Shown piece by piece: positions 20,101-26,100 of a stretch of DNA of 64,000 nt (within the stretch, counting starts at the first letter, position 1; every line of letters begins with the position of its first letter). Under the pieces are notes generated by a model. It made no database searches and was not told the DNA's origin. It saw only the letters and a list, made by a program, of their open reading frames with translations. The position numbers and the translations under genes were made by a program. Origin of the DNA: an uncultured virus (IMG/VR IMGVR_UViG_3300031857_014466) (lineage: Duplodnaviria; Heunggongvirae; Uroviricota; Caudoviricetes); the IMG/VR virus record IMGVR_UViG_3300031857_014466; one strand, written 5' to 3'.

Positions 20101-22179
20101 CAATTAGATGAAACATTAGATGGTATCCGTTATGCTGGGCAATTAGCACAAAAAGTAATTGTTAATACACTATTTGTTACAGCCTCAGCACACGCTTCAG
20201 CATCACATGCATTAATGAAGCAAAACAAACCATTTATACAAGCTGAAGTTCTTTCTTATATTACTTCTTCTTGGAATGAATTTACATATAGTTTAGATAG
20301 ATGTAAACGTGATGTTGGATATATTATAGATGCGGTAGCAACTGATATTCTTTATGGTGGTAACGAAAGAAGTGCAAAAGCTGGAACATATTATTATATT
20401 TATTCTTCTTTAGCAACAGGTTCTCAAAAAGAACAAACTGTAAACGCAATTAATTTTGCAAAAGATGTAGCTGTTAATATTATTAAAAATACAACATTTA
20501 CAACGGCATCTCAATCGGTATCGGCTTCGGTAGAATTGTTAAGAAATAATAGACAATTTATACAAGAAGAAACACTTCAGTACTTAACTGCTAGTTGGAG
20601 TACATTTAATTATAATCAGGAAAAATGTCGTAGAGATGTTGGATATATAATTGATGGTGTAGTAACTGATTTACTATATGGTGGTACTGAAAGAACATAT
20701 ATGAGTGCTGAGTTTTATTACAAATATCCATCTAAGGCAACTTTATTAGGAGATGGTGATGGTGATGGACAATTAAAACAAACTGTAGAAGGTATCAACT
20801 ACGCAAGTAGAGTAGCTCAAAAAGTAATACAAAACATATTATTTGTAACAGCATCTCAGCAAGTTTCCGCATCGTTTGATTTGTTAAGAAAAAATAAACC
20901 ATTTATAGCAGCAGAAACAATAGCTTATGTATCTTCTTCTTGGAGTGGAGTTTATTACAATCAAGCTTCTTGTTCTCGTGATGTTGGTTATCTAATAGAT
21001 GCAGCAGCAACTGATTTACTATATGGTGGTACTGAAAGAAGTGTAACTGCTGGTTCATACTATTTTGCATTTCCATCTAAAGCAACTAAAGCTGGTGTAC
21101 CATCTGAAGCAAATCAATTAGACCCAACTATTACAGGTGTAAGATGGGCAGGTAGATTATCTTCAAAAGTTGTTCTAAATCCTAAATTTGAACAACCATC
21201 GGCATCATTAGTATCAACAGTTGATTTATTGAAATTTAATAAAACGCTTATACAAAAAGAAACTATTACATTCCTAAGTTCTTCTTGGAGTACACTTCAA
21301 TACAACGAAACAAGTTGTTCGCGTGATTTAGGATTTATTATAGATGCTATCAGAACTGACTTAGTTTATGGTGGTAACGAAAGAAGTATTGAAGCTGGGT
21401 CTTATTATTATAGAATACCTTCAGTTGCTATTTACGAATCATATACCGATAATGGTACAATTGGACAAAAGAAACAAACTGTTGATGGTATTAATTTTGC
21501 TAGAGGAATATCTGAAAAATTAGTAACAAATACTCAATTAACATACTTAGCACCATCTACAAAAAGAAGACAAGCCGCAGTTAGATTATTGTCTGGAAAA
21601 GAAGAATTAAAACAAAGAGCAATCGGATACACAAATGGAGCATTCCCATATTTAGTCTATAATGAGGCTAGTTGTTCTCGTGATACTGGATTGATTGTTG
21701 ATGCATGTGCAACCGATTTACTATATGGTGGTAATGAGAGAGCAATTGCAGCAGCATCATCTTACTATAACGGTCAATTCGGAAATGCGGATGAAGTAAT
21801 ATTTAAACAAAGACTAGAAACTCTAGAAACCAATAGATATTTGAGAACTAGAGCAGAGTTTATAACAGCAGGTGCACCATTAGAAGAATTTGGTTCTTTA
21901 ATTGTAGCAACTGGTATTGACTACTCTTATAATGGAGCAGGTGTGACATTTAAAGCACTTCCTCCAAATCAGGGTGGTAGTGGTGTAGCAAACCCAATTT
22001 ATGAGATTACGGAATTGGGTGGTGGTAGAATATTCTTTACGTCTGGTAACCAAGATGGTGACTTTAGAATTGGTACTGGATTGAGTATTAACCAAGCTAC
22101 TGGTACTCTTGTGGGTAGAACATTTAGTAAATCTCTATTCTCATTAGTAACTCCGTTCTCATTGGCACTTCAAATATAA
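8143..22179 (+). CDS. Giant virion structural protein: beta-helix-like N-terminus, cupredoxin-like domain, 25 phycobiliprotein/globin-like C-x-R-D repeats
   Basis: 4678 aa. N-terminal LYVSSTDGDDTNDG..PLRTIKRA and VQAGTYLE are typical of pectin-lyase-like beta-helix starts. It has 25 counted C-x-R-D repeats, interspersed SSSF..I..NG...P linker repeats, and C-terminal GDFRIG.GL.INQATGT. Confidence 0.85.
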   Translation: MARLIPRKQIEEQQNITGSLTVQENLFLGNDAVISGSLFVSKSFFLGNDTGSKSEITASVFLSGSLTIDGNLRVGAPETVLSITSSNTILAEDTQRYAGILAKDFGANQPTLYVSSTDGDDTNDGRTIQYPLRTIKRAAALASPGYDGRYGFDTGSISNGYVIKVQAGTYLEDNPVILPKNTTIWGAGLRITKINAKNPTEDLFYVNSGCYIAEVTMGGLRLFPDQINPEKGFAVAFQPGAFITTSPYVQNCSQISNQENSFTELYEEIPPGGGGLYVNGDVINPDSPLASMVLDAYTQISPNGVGCLVNGRGFIQLVSFFNNFSYYAIRVNNGGHATLNNSNISFGLYGMYASGSRFISGSGGNTSARDAVRASWSVVVDVLNRGLDALPEVTTLNTAEGIRLSSPSQFPQYTTSSNVTLSSTAAEEISADYKLISAIVENGTSDFPTLLAKSSNKGYGADSPYNILGASQLTSSLSASIEDLNSISSSYGVLLSIFANGTGSFKFTASADLGVKITNEVVDDLGAPSYLSSSVSQSFETIINIIKNGVSAIPALTASNSASIYVGSEVPFKTGISSSLLVLNKVSSSFSIIYNILSNGTGSNILPIPNDHRRSYTITNNNSSSYQWDGVGANPTITLYRGETYKFYVSASEAIGGIDYPFFIRTQLIETIDNRFDYNKGVINNGDSVGNITFAVPYDAPNTLYYTSQINNTLSGKFNIINNSETPFDLIKNTVTFPKTISGSLEPTQNVDILNAYEILTGSKSFIQEEVINYVSSSWSNIYYDEITCRRDVGHLINAVCQDLLYGGNNNSITAGRFYYEYPSEATTTQKEPTKTAVKYAAGLAENLVKNITFTKIDDNPYLQEKYNVAENLKINKPFIQNETIAFLSSSWSNFLYNETKCKRDVGYIVDAVITDLKYGGNERAREAGRFYYLYPSLAIVEGDGDSEGQLGQTLDGMRYAAGVSVNLVKNKTFNEPSASTQSAYNLLRQNKSIIQNETIQYVNVAFPQLKYNQDKCRRDVGYILDAVSTDLLYGGNERSVIAGRYYYDYPSVATSIQKRETIAGIRYAKIIGDFIVQNIILETPRIVNNDEKNIKVSSFENITSSFSGTTTQQNSISSSFAIIEGIVKRGISAIPSILALNTGLNWNSGNPLNVTTGSQITSSYVTPNEINTIDRNFNIVSNIIDNGIGAEPVFTSSISGLKKITNIEQIFGAAVSADLTSSISSSFGYVVRIVSGGLSQTSSLLIPNTSESIKVTSTPQWLSSNVGTNTQTASISSSFGLVINVITNGTSVLPTLVQNTAANIKVTNANQYISASHAASGSDITFISSSISKVTQIIETGNVDLFAKQLYTSSINTYNTKAAYEILKNNISFIQDETIAYLSSSWSTASYNEAKCRRDVGLIISGAAEDLIWNANSASIVNGQFYYEYPSQAQYAQLNQTLDGINYASRLAQKLIQNISFSLPSTAVSASNALLVNNKEFIQNETIAYLSSSWGSFEYNESTCKRDVGYVIDAVRTDLVYGGNERSRLAGLYYFLYPSEATGSQLLQTTDGLKYASRLAQKIVSGSIFQSANSDKLEASNLLRKNKALIAAEVVEYVSSSWSGVQYDEVKCKRDVGYIIDAVRTDLVYGGNERTTIAGEFYYLYPSAATIGGEPSTTQQLDPTTTGIEYANALSQQIILGNVLSKPSDSVLAARKLVKDNRTLIQQNTLDYINDTYPSLNYIQSKCFRDVGFIIDGVLTDLVYGGNERSITSGRFYYKYPSLATTDQNTETLDGVNFAKDLSKLIAIGGKSVEDGFDIVAKIIESGSSVAPTLVTNTENGIKKTNELQFKISNSANTSDKLIVSSSFGNVINIIDKGLSAIPTLVSSSAKGVARIAGSQITSSNSVDVQQIEKVSSSFAIVLDIVENGTGSLPNIVLNTNDNVKTTLTSQYITSSFAGTQNEANIISSSFGLVMGILASTNTASLLSTLNLSTSSYTSATSASNSFYAYNLLKQNIGFIQDETISYLSSSWSTASYNEAKCRRDVGLIISGAAEDLLFNSFSSSVVNGKFYLEYPSQAQGAQLNQTLDGIRYASGLVQKIVQNTIFQTASLSNQTAYNLLLDNKYWIQNQTIAKINSDLSLQSYNEETCKRDVGYIIDAIATDILYGGNQRSVEAGKFYYLYPSQATGSQLEQTLEGIDYARILADSVVKNTYVYTQYTASIFVQPTDYLKVNTGFDIVIDIISNGTGSIPTIVNNAKGLVKRSNQTQFVSTASISETYKNVANSSFDIILDIVENGTGSLPTLIKNTTNVVKITNSNQYSSSAILSSSYFGNPLNSVSASFDKIINILENGTGSLPTLVLNTNQNIKVTGTPQYISGSSATTTESNLISASISIVTNVIANGTNSTLSTLSLPTSSYATAVSNDNRWIAYGILKNNISFIQDETIAYLSSSWSTASYDEAKCRRDVGLIISGAAEDLVFNSNSASVVNGKFYYEYPSQAQGAQLNQTLDGIFYASQLAQKVIRNVVFNLPTSQSNVAYDLLKYNKEFIQNEVIEYISSSWSTKQYNQNTCKRDVGYILDSVATDIKWGGNERSIKSGIYYYLYPSAATGSQLKETVTGIKYAKNLADRLLRNQQFIKVSQNKLQTKELIAQNKNFIANEVIAYVSASWNGFYYNEETCKRDVGYILDAVATDIVYGGNERSIEAGKYYYIEPSTATSTQLGPTLSGITYAKNIVQEVLNNKVFASSSLSKQTAFELLRNNKELIQTETIGFLNSAWSFFEYSESKCRRDIGYILDAVATDILYGGNEASARAGEYYYLYPSLATVEGDGNESGQKDQTLDGIKFAKGISVKIANNELLQKPTISEIATHELLNKNKKFIQKETIAFLSSSWVGINNFQFNEASCSRDVAYIIDNVATDLVYGGNERSSKAGQYYYLYPSAAVYTGSVSPTSTEQKGPTLDGVGFAAGISQKVISNQILIKPTEYVQSAYSLMVYNREFIQNETIQFIDAFYPYLVYNREKCRRDVGYIVNNVATDLWYGGNQRSIIAGDYYYRYPSKATKTEQVKETVAGVDYAKALSKKIVQNIKLSAPTVKSNIDGNIKIGTINQYTSSINAGISEINFVSSSVSIVTKVIENGLATLPTFVGNGVNAIKVTHEPIVSSSVSASSVEVGITTASFELIKDIIYNGSASLPDALANNFNYGFELSTPTLLHISSYNQILGSGSYNSQTSSLSSSFATVINIINGGTGSIPAIVTNTSASIKTTSVTQILPLVSGSEYQKGRISNLFGNVLNIVENGVSVIPTPILNTSASFKVTNTNQIRLVDGVNRDLQSKLVSSSFGVVIDVLLNSGTSSISYVGPQATSNTNTKITSSYNLLINNTDLIVNETIAYMSSSWSSFYYDEAKCRRDVGLIVSGAAFDLLYGGNSASLTNGKFYYDYPSQATTTQLDQTITALKFASGVAQKAIKSTLMYHISESAWYSQATSASYTSLLANKGFIQSESIAYVSSSWQDFLYNEASCSRDIGYIIDAVATDLLYGGNERSIVAGRYYYDYPSQATDSQLEPTLTGVRYAKGLAMRVISGSLLTAPDAATQYAYNLLKSNKVFLQEETIGFVNAKWQDLDYIESKCRRDTGYIIDAVATDLLYGGNEKSAKAGEFYYLYPSLAITSAQKSETVQAVDYARRFAQSVVNSISIAEPQPILNTSNNIKVTATTQYTSSNASSAYEVNRVSSSFAVVTNIVENGLGVIPTLVANTSESIKFTNTSQYLSSSFGTDYEASLISSSISIVTNIIANGIGVAGSPVNYSSPSTASNVWYAYNLLKENIGFIQNETIAYISSSWSTASYDESKCKRDVGLIISGAAEDMLFGVDSASIVNGKFYFESASQATTSQLNFTLDGIFFASKMAQKVLQNVQYQTASLERTNAWTLLNQNKPFIQNETIAYISSSWVTGSNTTSSFVYDESKCKRDVGYILDAVATDIYYGGNERTITAGKYYFLYPSSATGSQLDETLDGIRYAGQLAQKVIVNTLFVTASAHASASHALMKQNKPFIQAEVLSYITSSWNEFTYSLDRCKRDVGYIIDAVATDILYGGNERSAKAGTYYYIYSSLATGSQKEQTVNAINFAKDVAVNIIKNTTFTTASQSVSASVELLRNNRQFIQEETLQYLTASWSTFNYNQEKCRRDVGYIIDGVVTDLLYGGTERTYMSAEFYYKYPSKATLLGDGDGDGQLKQTVEGINYASRVAQKVIQNILFVTASQQVSASFDLLRKNKPFIAAETIAYVSSSWSGVYYNQASCSRDVGYLIDAAATDLLYGGTERSVTAGSYYFAFPSKATKAGVPSEANQLDPTITGVRWAGRLSSKVVLNPKFEQPSASLVSTVDLLKFNKTLIQKETITFLSSSWSTLQYNETSCSRDLGFIIDAIRTDLVYGGNERSIEAGSYYYRIPSVAIYESYTDNGTIGQKKQTVDGINFARGISEKLVTNTQLTYLAPSTKRRQAAVRLLSGKEELKQRAIGYTNGAFPYLVYNEASCSRDTGLIVDACATDLLYGGNERAIAAASSYYNGQFGNADEVIFKQRLETLETNRYLRTRAEFITAGAPLEEFGSLIVATGIDYSYNGAGVTFKALPPNQGGSGVANPIYEITELGGGRIFFTSGNQDGDFRIGTGLSINQATGTLVGRTFSKSLFSLVTPFSLALQI
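10408..21860 (+). repeat. 25 copies of a ~100-aa helical repeat in six clusters (3,4,2,6,3,7)
   Basis: Consensus A..LL..NK.FIQ.ETI.Y.SSSW....Y.E.KC.RDVGYI.DAV.TDL.YGGNERS..AG.YY..YPS.A......T..GI.YA. First Cys codon 10507, last 21673. Confidence 0.9.
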
Positions 22180-22197
22180 AAAAGAAAATAAAAGAAA

Positions 22198-23130
22198 ATG
22201 GGACAAGTATTTATACCATTAAACCGATTTCAGTCAGTAGTAACAAATCTGACTGGTGAACAAGATGAAATTTATGCTACGCCAAATGGTGTATCATCTA
22301 TTGTACTTTCTGCACAAATCACAAATAATGGACTTCAGACACAACCGGTAACAATTTTAGTAACATCAAATAGAGAATTACCAATTCCTTCATTTGAAGG
22401 TTTGTATAGCGGTAGTAGTTTTTTAAGTGCTTCAGTTGGTGGAAACGTAACTTTAGATAATTTTTCTGGAAGTTTGGATTCAGCATCTGCATTATTTGCA
22501 TTAAATAGAAACTTTATTAGAAAAGAAGTCTCAGCATATGCATCGTTTCAAAACAATCAATCAGAAACACCATTTTCTTTTACAGCATCAAGATTTGAAA
22601 ATTACGCTTTAGATATAACTGATGCATTATCGTATGATATTAAAAACGAAAAAATAATAAGAACAAATAAAGTTGCAAAATCATTCTTTTCAAAAAATGG
22701 TATTAATACTTTAAAAGAAGTATTTACGGATGAATATTCAGCATCTTTAGATTCAATAGATTATTTAAATACATTATCTCAACAAATAATCAAAAATGAA
22801 TCAGTAACTGGTTCTCAATTTGTAAGTAGATTATATCAATCAGCAGTAACTCAATCATTTACAACATTTATTCCAACTAATTTAGAATTTAGTAGTTCCG
22901 CTTATTTAATAGATAAATTAATTAAAGTTATTACTAATACCATTGAAGAACCTAACTTAGTTGCACAAGACCCAATTCAATTAGTATCTAATGTTACAAT
23001 ACCATCCGCAGATTCACTTTCTCCTGTTGTTTCTGGAAAATTGGTATTGGAAGAAGGTTATGGTTTTATAGTCTCCGGCTCAACAGATTTATCAGTAATT
23101 CTTTCATTACTAGAATCTGCTAATGAATAA
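22198..23130 (+). CDS. Fibre adaptor-like virion protein containing one degenerate helical repeat
   Basis: 310 aa. The ends (IYATP..VSSIVL / KLVLEEG...VILSLLE) match ORF 36270-36602. The centre (LNRNFIRKEV...ITDALSYDI...SLDSIDY) resembles the repeat of the giant protein without the Cys. Confidence 0.7.
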   Translation: MGQVFIPLNRFQSVVTNLTGEQDEIYATPNGVSSIVLSAQITNNGLQTQPVTILVTSNRELPIPSFEGLYSGSSFLSASVGGNVTLDNFSGSLDSASALFALNRNFIRKEVSAYASFQNNQSETPFSFTASRFENYALDITDALSYDIKNEKIIRTNKVAKSFFSKNGINTLKEVFTDEYSASLDSIDYLNTLSQQIIKNESVTGSQFVSRLYQSAVTQSFTTFIPTNLEFSSSAYLIDKLIKVITNTIEEPNLVAQDPIQLVSNVTIPSADSLSPVVSGKLVLEEGYGFIVSGSTDLSVILSLLESANE

Positions 23131-23149
23131 CGATATACTTCATCTATTA

Positions 23150-23180
23150 ATATTTATAGGTGATTTTTTAGATATTTATA
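23150..23180 (+). promoter_or_regulatory. Tandem candidate late promoter motifs ATATTTATA (23150-23158, 23172-23180)
   Basis: Two exact copies in the 69-nt gap before the 3790-aa gene. Confidence 0.55.
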
Positions 23181-23199
23181 AAAAAGCTGGAAACACGGA

Positions 23200-26100
23200 A
23201 TGGCAATTAGTAATCTTTTAACAGGTAGGGTAAGGGTAGTATCCCCAAAAAATGTAACACCGGACAGGTATCAGTTTATTGATTTGTCTCAGGTTGAACC
23301 AAATTTGGGTGTTCCAAACTTTTCAGCCTCACTTTCTGGTTCTCCCGCTATTGTGGTTTCCGATGACCAAGGTAATAGAGGATTTGTTCGCAGTTTAGAT
23401 TTAGATAGAGTAACTGGACAATTTACAGGTTCATTTACTGGTAGCGCCACATCATTAAGTGGTAGTTTTACAGGTTCATTTACTGGTTCTTTTTCTGGTT
23501 CATTTAGTGGTGATGGTAGTGGATTGACAAATTTACCATTATCGAATACAGCAGAAAGATTAGCATCTTCATCATTTACAGCTTCATTTTCACCAACATC
23601 ACTTAATATTAATACAAATGTAAGTGTTGGGGGTAATTTATATGTATCAAAATCAATATATGCTGACCAATTAGTTGTTAATATAATTTCATCATCAATT
23701 ATCTATTCATCTGGTTCAAACATTTTTGGTAATGATGATTCTGATATACAACAATTTACAGGTTCAGTAAGAGTGCAATCTGAATTTATTGGTAATAATG
23801 TAACTGGTTCTTCATTTAGTGGTTCATTTACTGGTTCTTTCTTTGGTGATGGTAGAAATATATTTAATTTACCTGAAGCAACTAGAATTTCAAGTGGAAG
23901 TATAACTGCATCTGTAACTCCTGAATTTGGATTCAAAGTAGAGTCTGTAGATAGTGGTTCTCAATTTACGGGGAGTGTATCAATTACAGGTAGTTTATTT
24001 GTTTCACCTTATAGTGGTTCAATTGTATTAGATTCTGGTTCATCATATTATGGTGAAGGTACATATCTAAGAAATATTCCACTATCCGCTCTTAATATTG
24101 ATTCTTTAATAGCAAGTAAAATTGCTAGTGGTAGTGTAACTGCATCGGTATCTCCTAATTTTGGATTAAAAGTAGAATCTTTAGCAAGTGGTTCTCAGTT
24201 CACAGGTTCATTATTTGTTAGTGGAGCTGTAATTGCAATTTATAGTGGTTCATTTAGTGGTAGTGGTGATAAATTATTTAATATTCCACGTTCTGCACTT
24301 GCTCCTGATGCTTTACTTTCTCCATTAATAGCTAGTGGTAGTGTAACTGCATCTGTAGCACCTAATTTTGGATTTGTTGTAACATCTGCTCAAAGTGGTT
24401 CTGAATTTACTGGTAGTGTTGATATAAGTGGTAGTTTATTTGTAAGTGGCACTTTATCAACAAGCCAAAGTGTTTATGTAAATTCTTATAGTGGAGCATT
24501 ATATATAGCATCATCTTCAGTATTATACGCTGATGGACAATATTTAAGAAATATACCTCGTTCAGCACTTACTGAAGATGCACTTATTTCTGCTGAAATT
24601 AAAAGTGGTAGTGTAACTGCGTCTGTATCTCCTGATTTTGGATTTAGAGTACAAACTCCATTTACAAGTTCTGCATTTGGTTCTCAGTTTACTGGAAGTG
24701 TTGATGTTAGTGGAAGTGTTAGGGCATTTGCTTTTATAGGTGATGGTTCTCAAATTACAAACGTACAAGCACAAGCTGCACCTAGAATAGCTAGTGGTTC
24801 TGTTACAGCATCTGTTTCACCTGTATTTGGATTTAAAGTAGAAGCATTAGCAAGTGGTTCTGAATTTACAGGTTCAGTTGATGTTAGTGGTAGTATTTTT
24901 ATTCCAAGTGGATCTGGTTTATTCTCTGGTAGTGGTAGGGGATTATTTGATATACCTCGTTCAGCACTAGCTCCGGACGCGTTATTATCAACATTTATAG
25001 CAAGTGGTAGCGTTACGGCATCAGTTTCTCCTGATGAAGGATTTGTTGTTACTTCTGTTAATAGTGGTTCTAAGTTTAGTGGTAGCGTTTTTATTGATTC
25101 AGCATCGTTTCTATATGCAGATGGTACATATTTAAGAAATGTTCCCCTATCAGCATTAGCTACTGATGCATTAAAGGTAACTTTAATGGCAACAGGAAGT
25201 GATTCGGCTTCTGTAAGTGCTTCAGTTAGTTTAGAGCAAGGGTTTATTGTATTTTCACCGAATAGTGGTTCTCAATTTACGGGTTCATTATTTGTAAGTG
25301 GAAACATAGAAATATTTACTGGTTCTTTTTCTGGTAGTGGTAAATTATTAAGAGAAATTCCAATTGATGCAATTCCTGATTTAGACCTTTCAAAAATTGG
25401 TAGTGGTTCGGTAACAGCATCCATTAGACCAAACGAAGGATTTAGAGTAAATACATTCTCTACATTTACAGGTAGCATGTTAATATCAGCATCTGCTACA
25501 TATTTACCTAGCGAATCAATTCAAACTGTATTTAATGTAACTAATAGTGGAGCATCGGCTTATGTTTTTACAGGTGCTGCAAATGGACAAAATCCTACAA
25601 TAACTTTAGTAAGAGGAATTACATATACATTTAATGTAAATGCTAGCGGTCATCCATTTTGGATTAAAACTGCACAAACAAGTGGTACATCAAATGCTTA
25701 TAATACAGGTGTAACTAACAATGGTGATGATGTTGGTATTATAACATTTACACCTGATGTATCTGCACCAAATACACTTTATTATATTTGTCAATTCCAT
25801 GGTATAATGGCTGGTACAATTAATATTGTAGATGCAATATTACAAAGAGGACCTGATGTAACAATAAGTGGTAGTTTATTTGTATCTGATAGAATTGTAG
25901 CTAGAGAAGTAACGGCATCAATTAGTGCATCATTTATACAGGGTGATGGTGGTGGATTATTTAATATTCCACGTTCGGCATTTACCGGAGATTCATTTAG
26001 AATATCATCGGGATCTGTAACTGCATCTGTTTCGCCTGTATATGGATTTAGAGTTGAATCTGCAGAAAAAGGTTCTGAAATAACTGGTAGCGTATTTGTT

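Noticed and set aside
8143..22179. Cyanophage assignment based on phycobiliprotein-like repeats
   Set aside because: No photosynthesis or bilin synthesis genes are in the window and the promoters match Bacteroidota; the host remains an inference.
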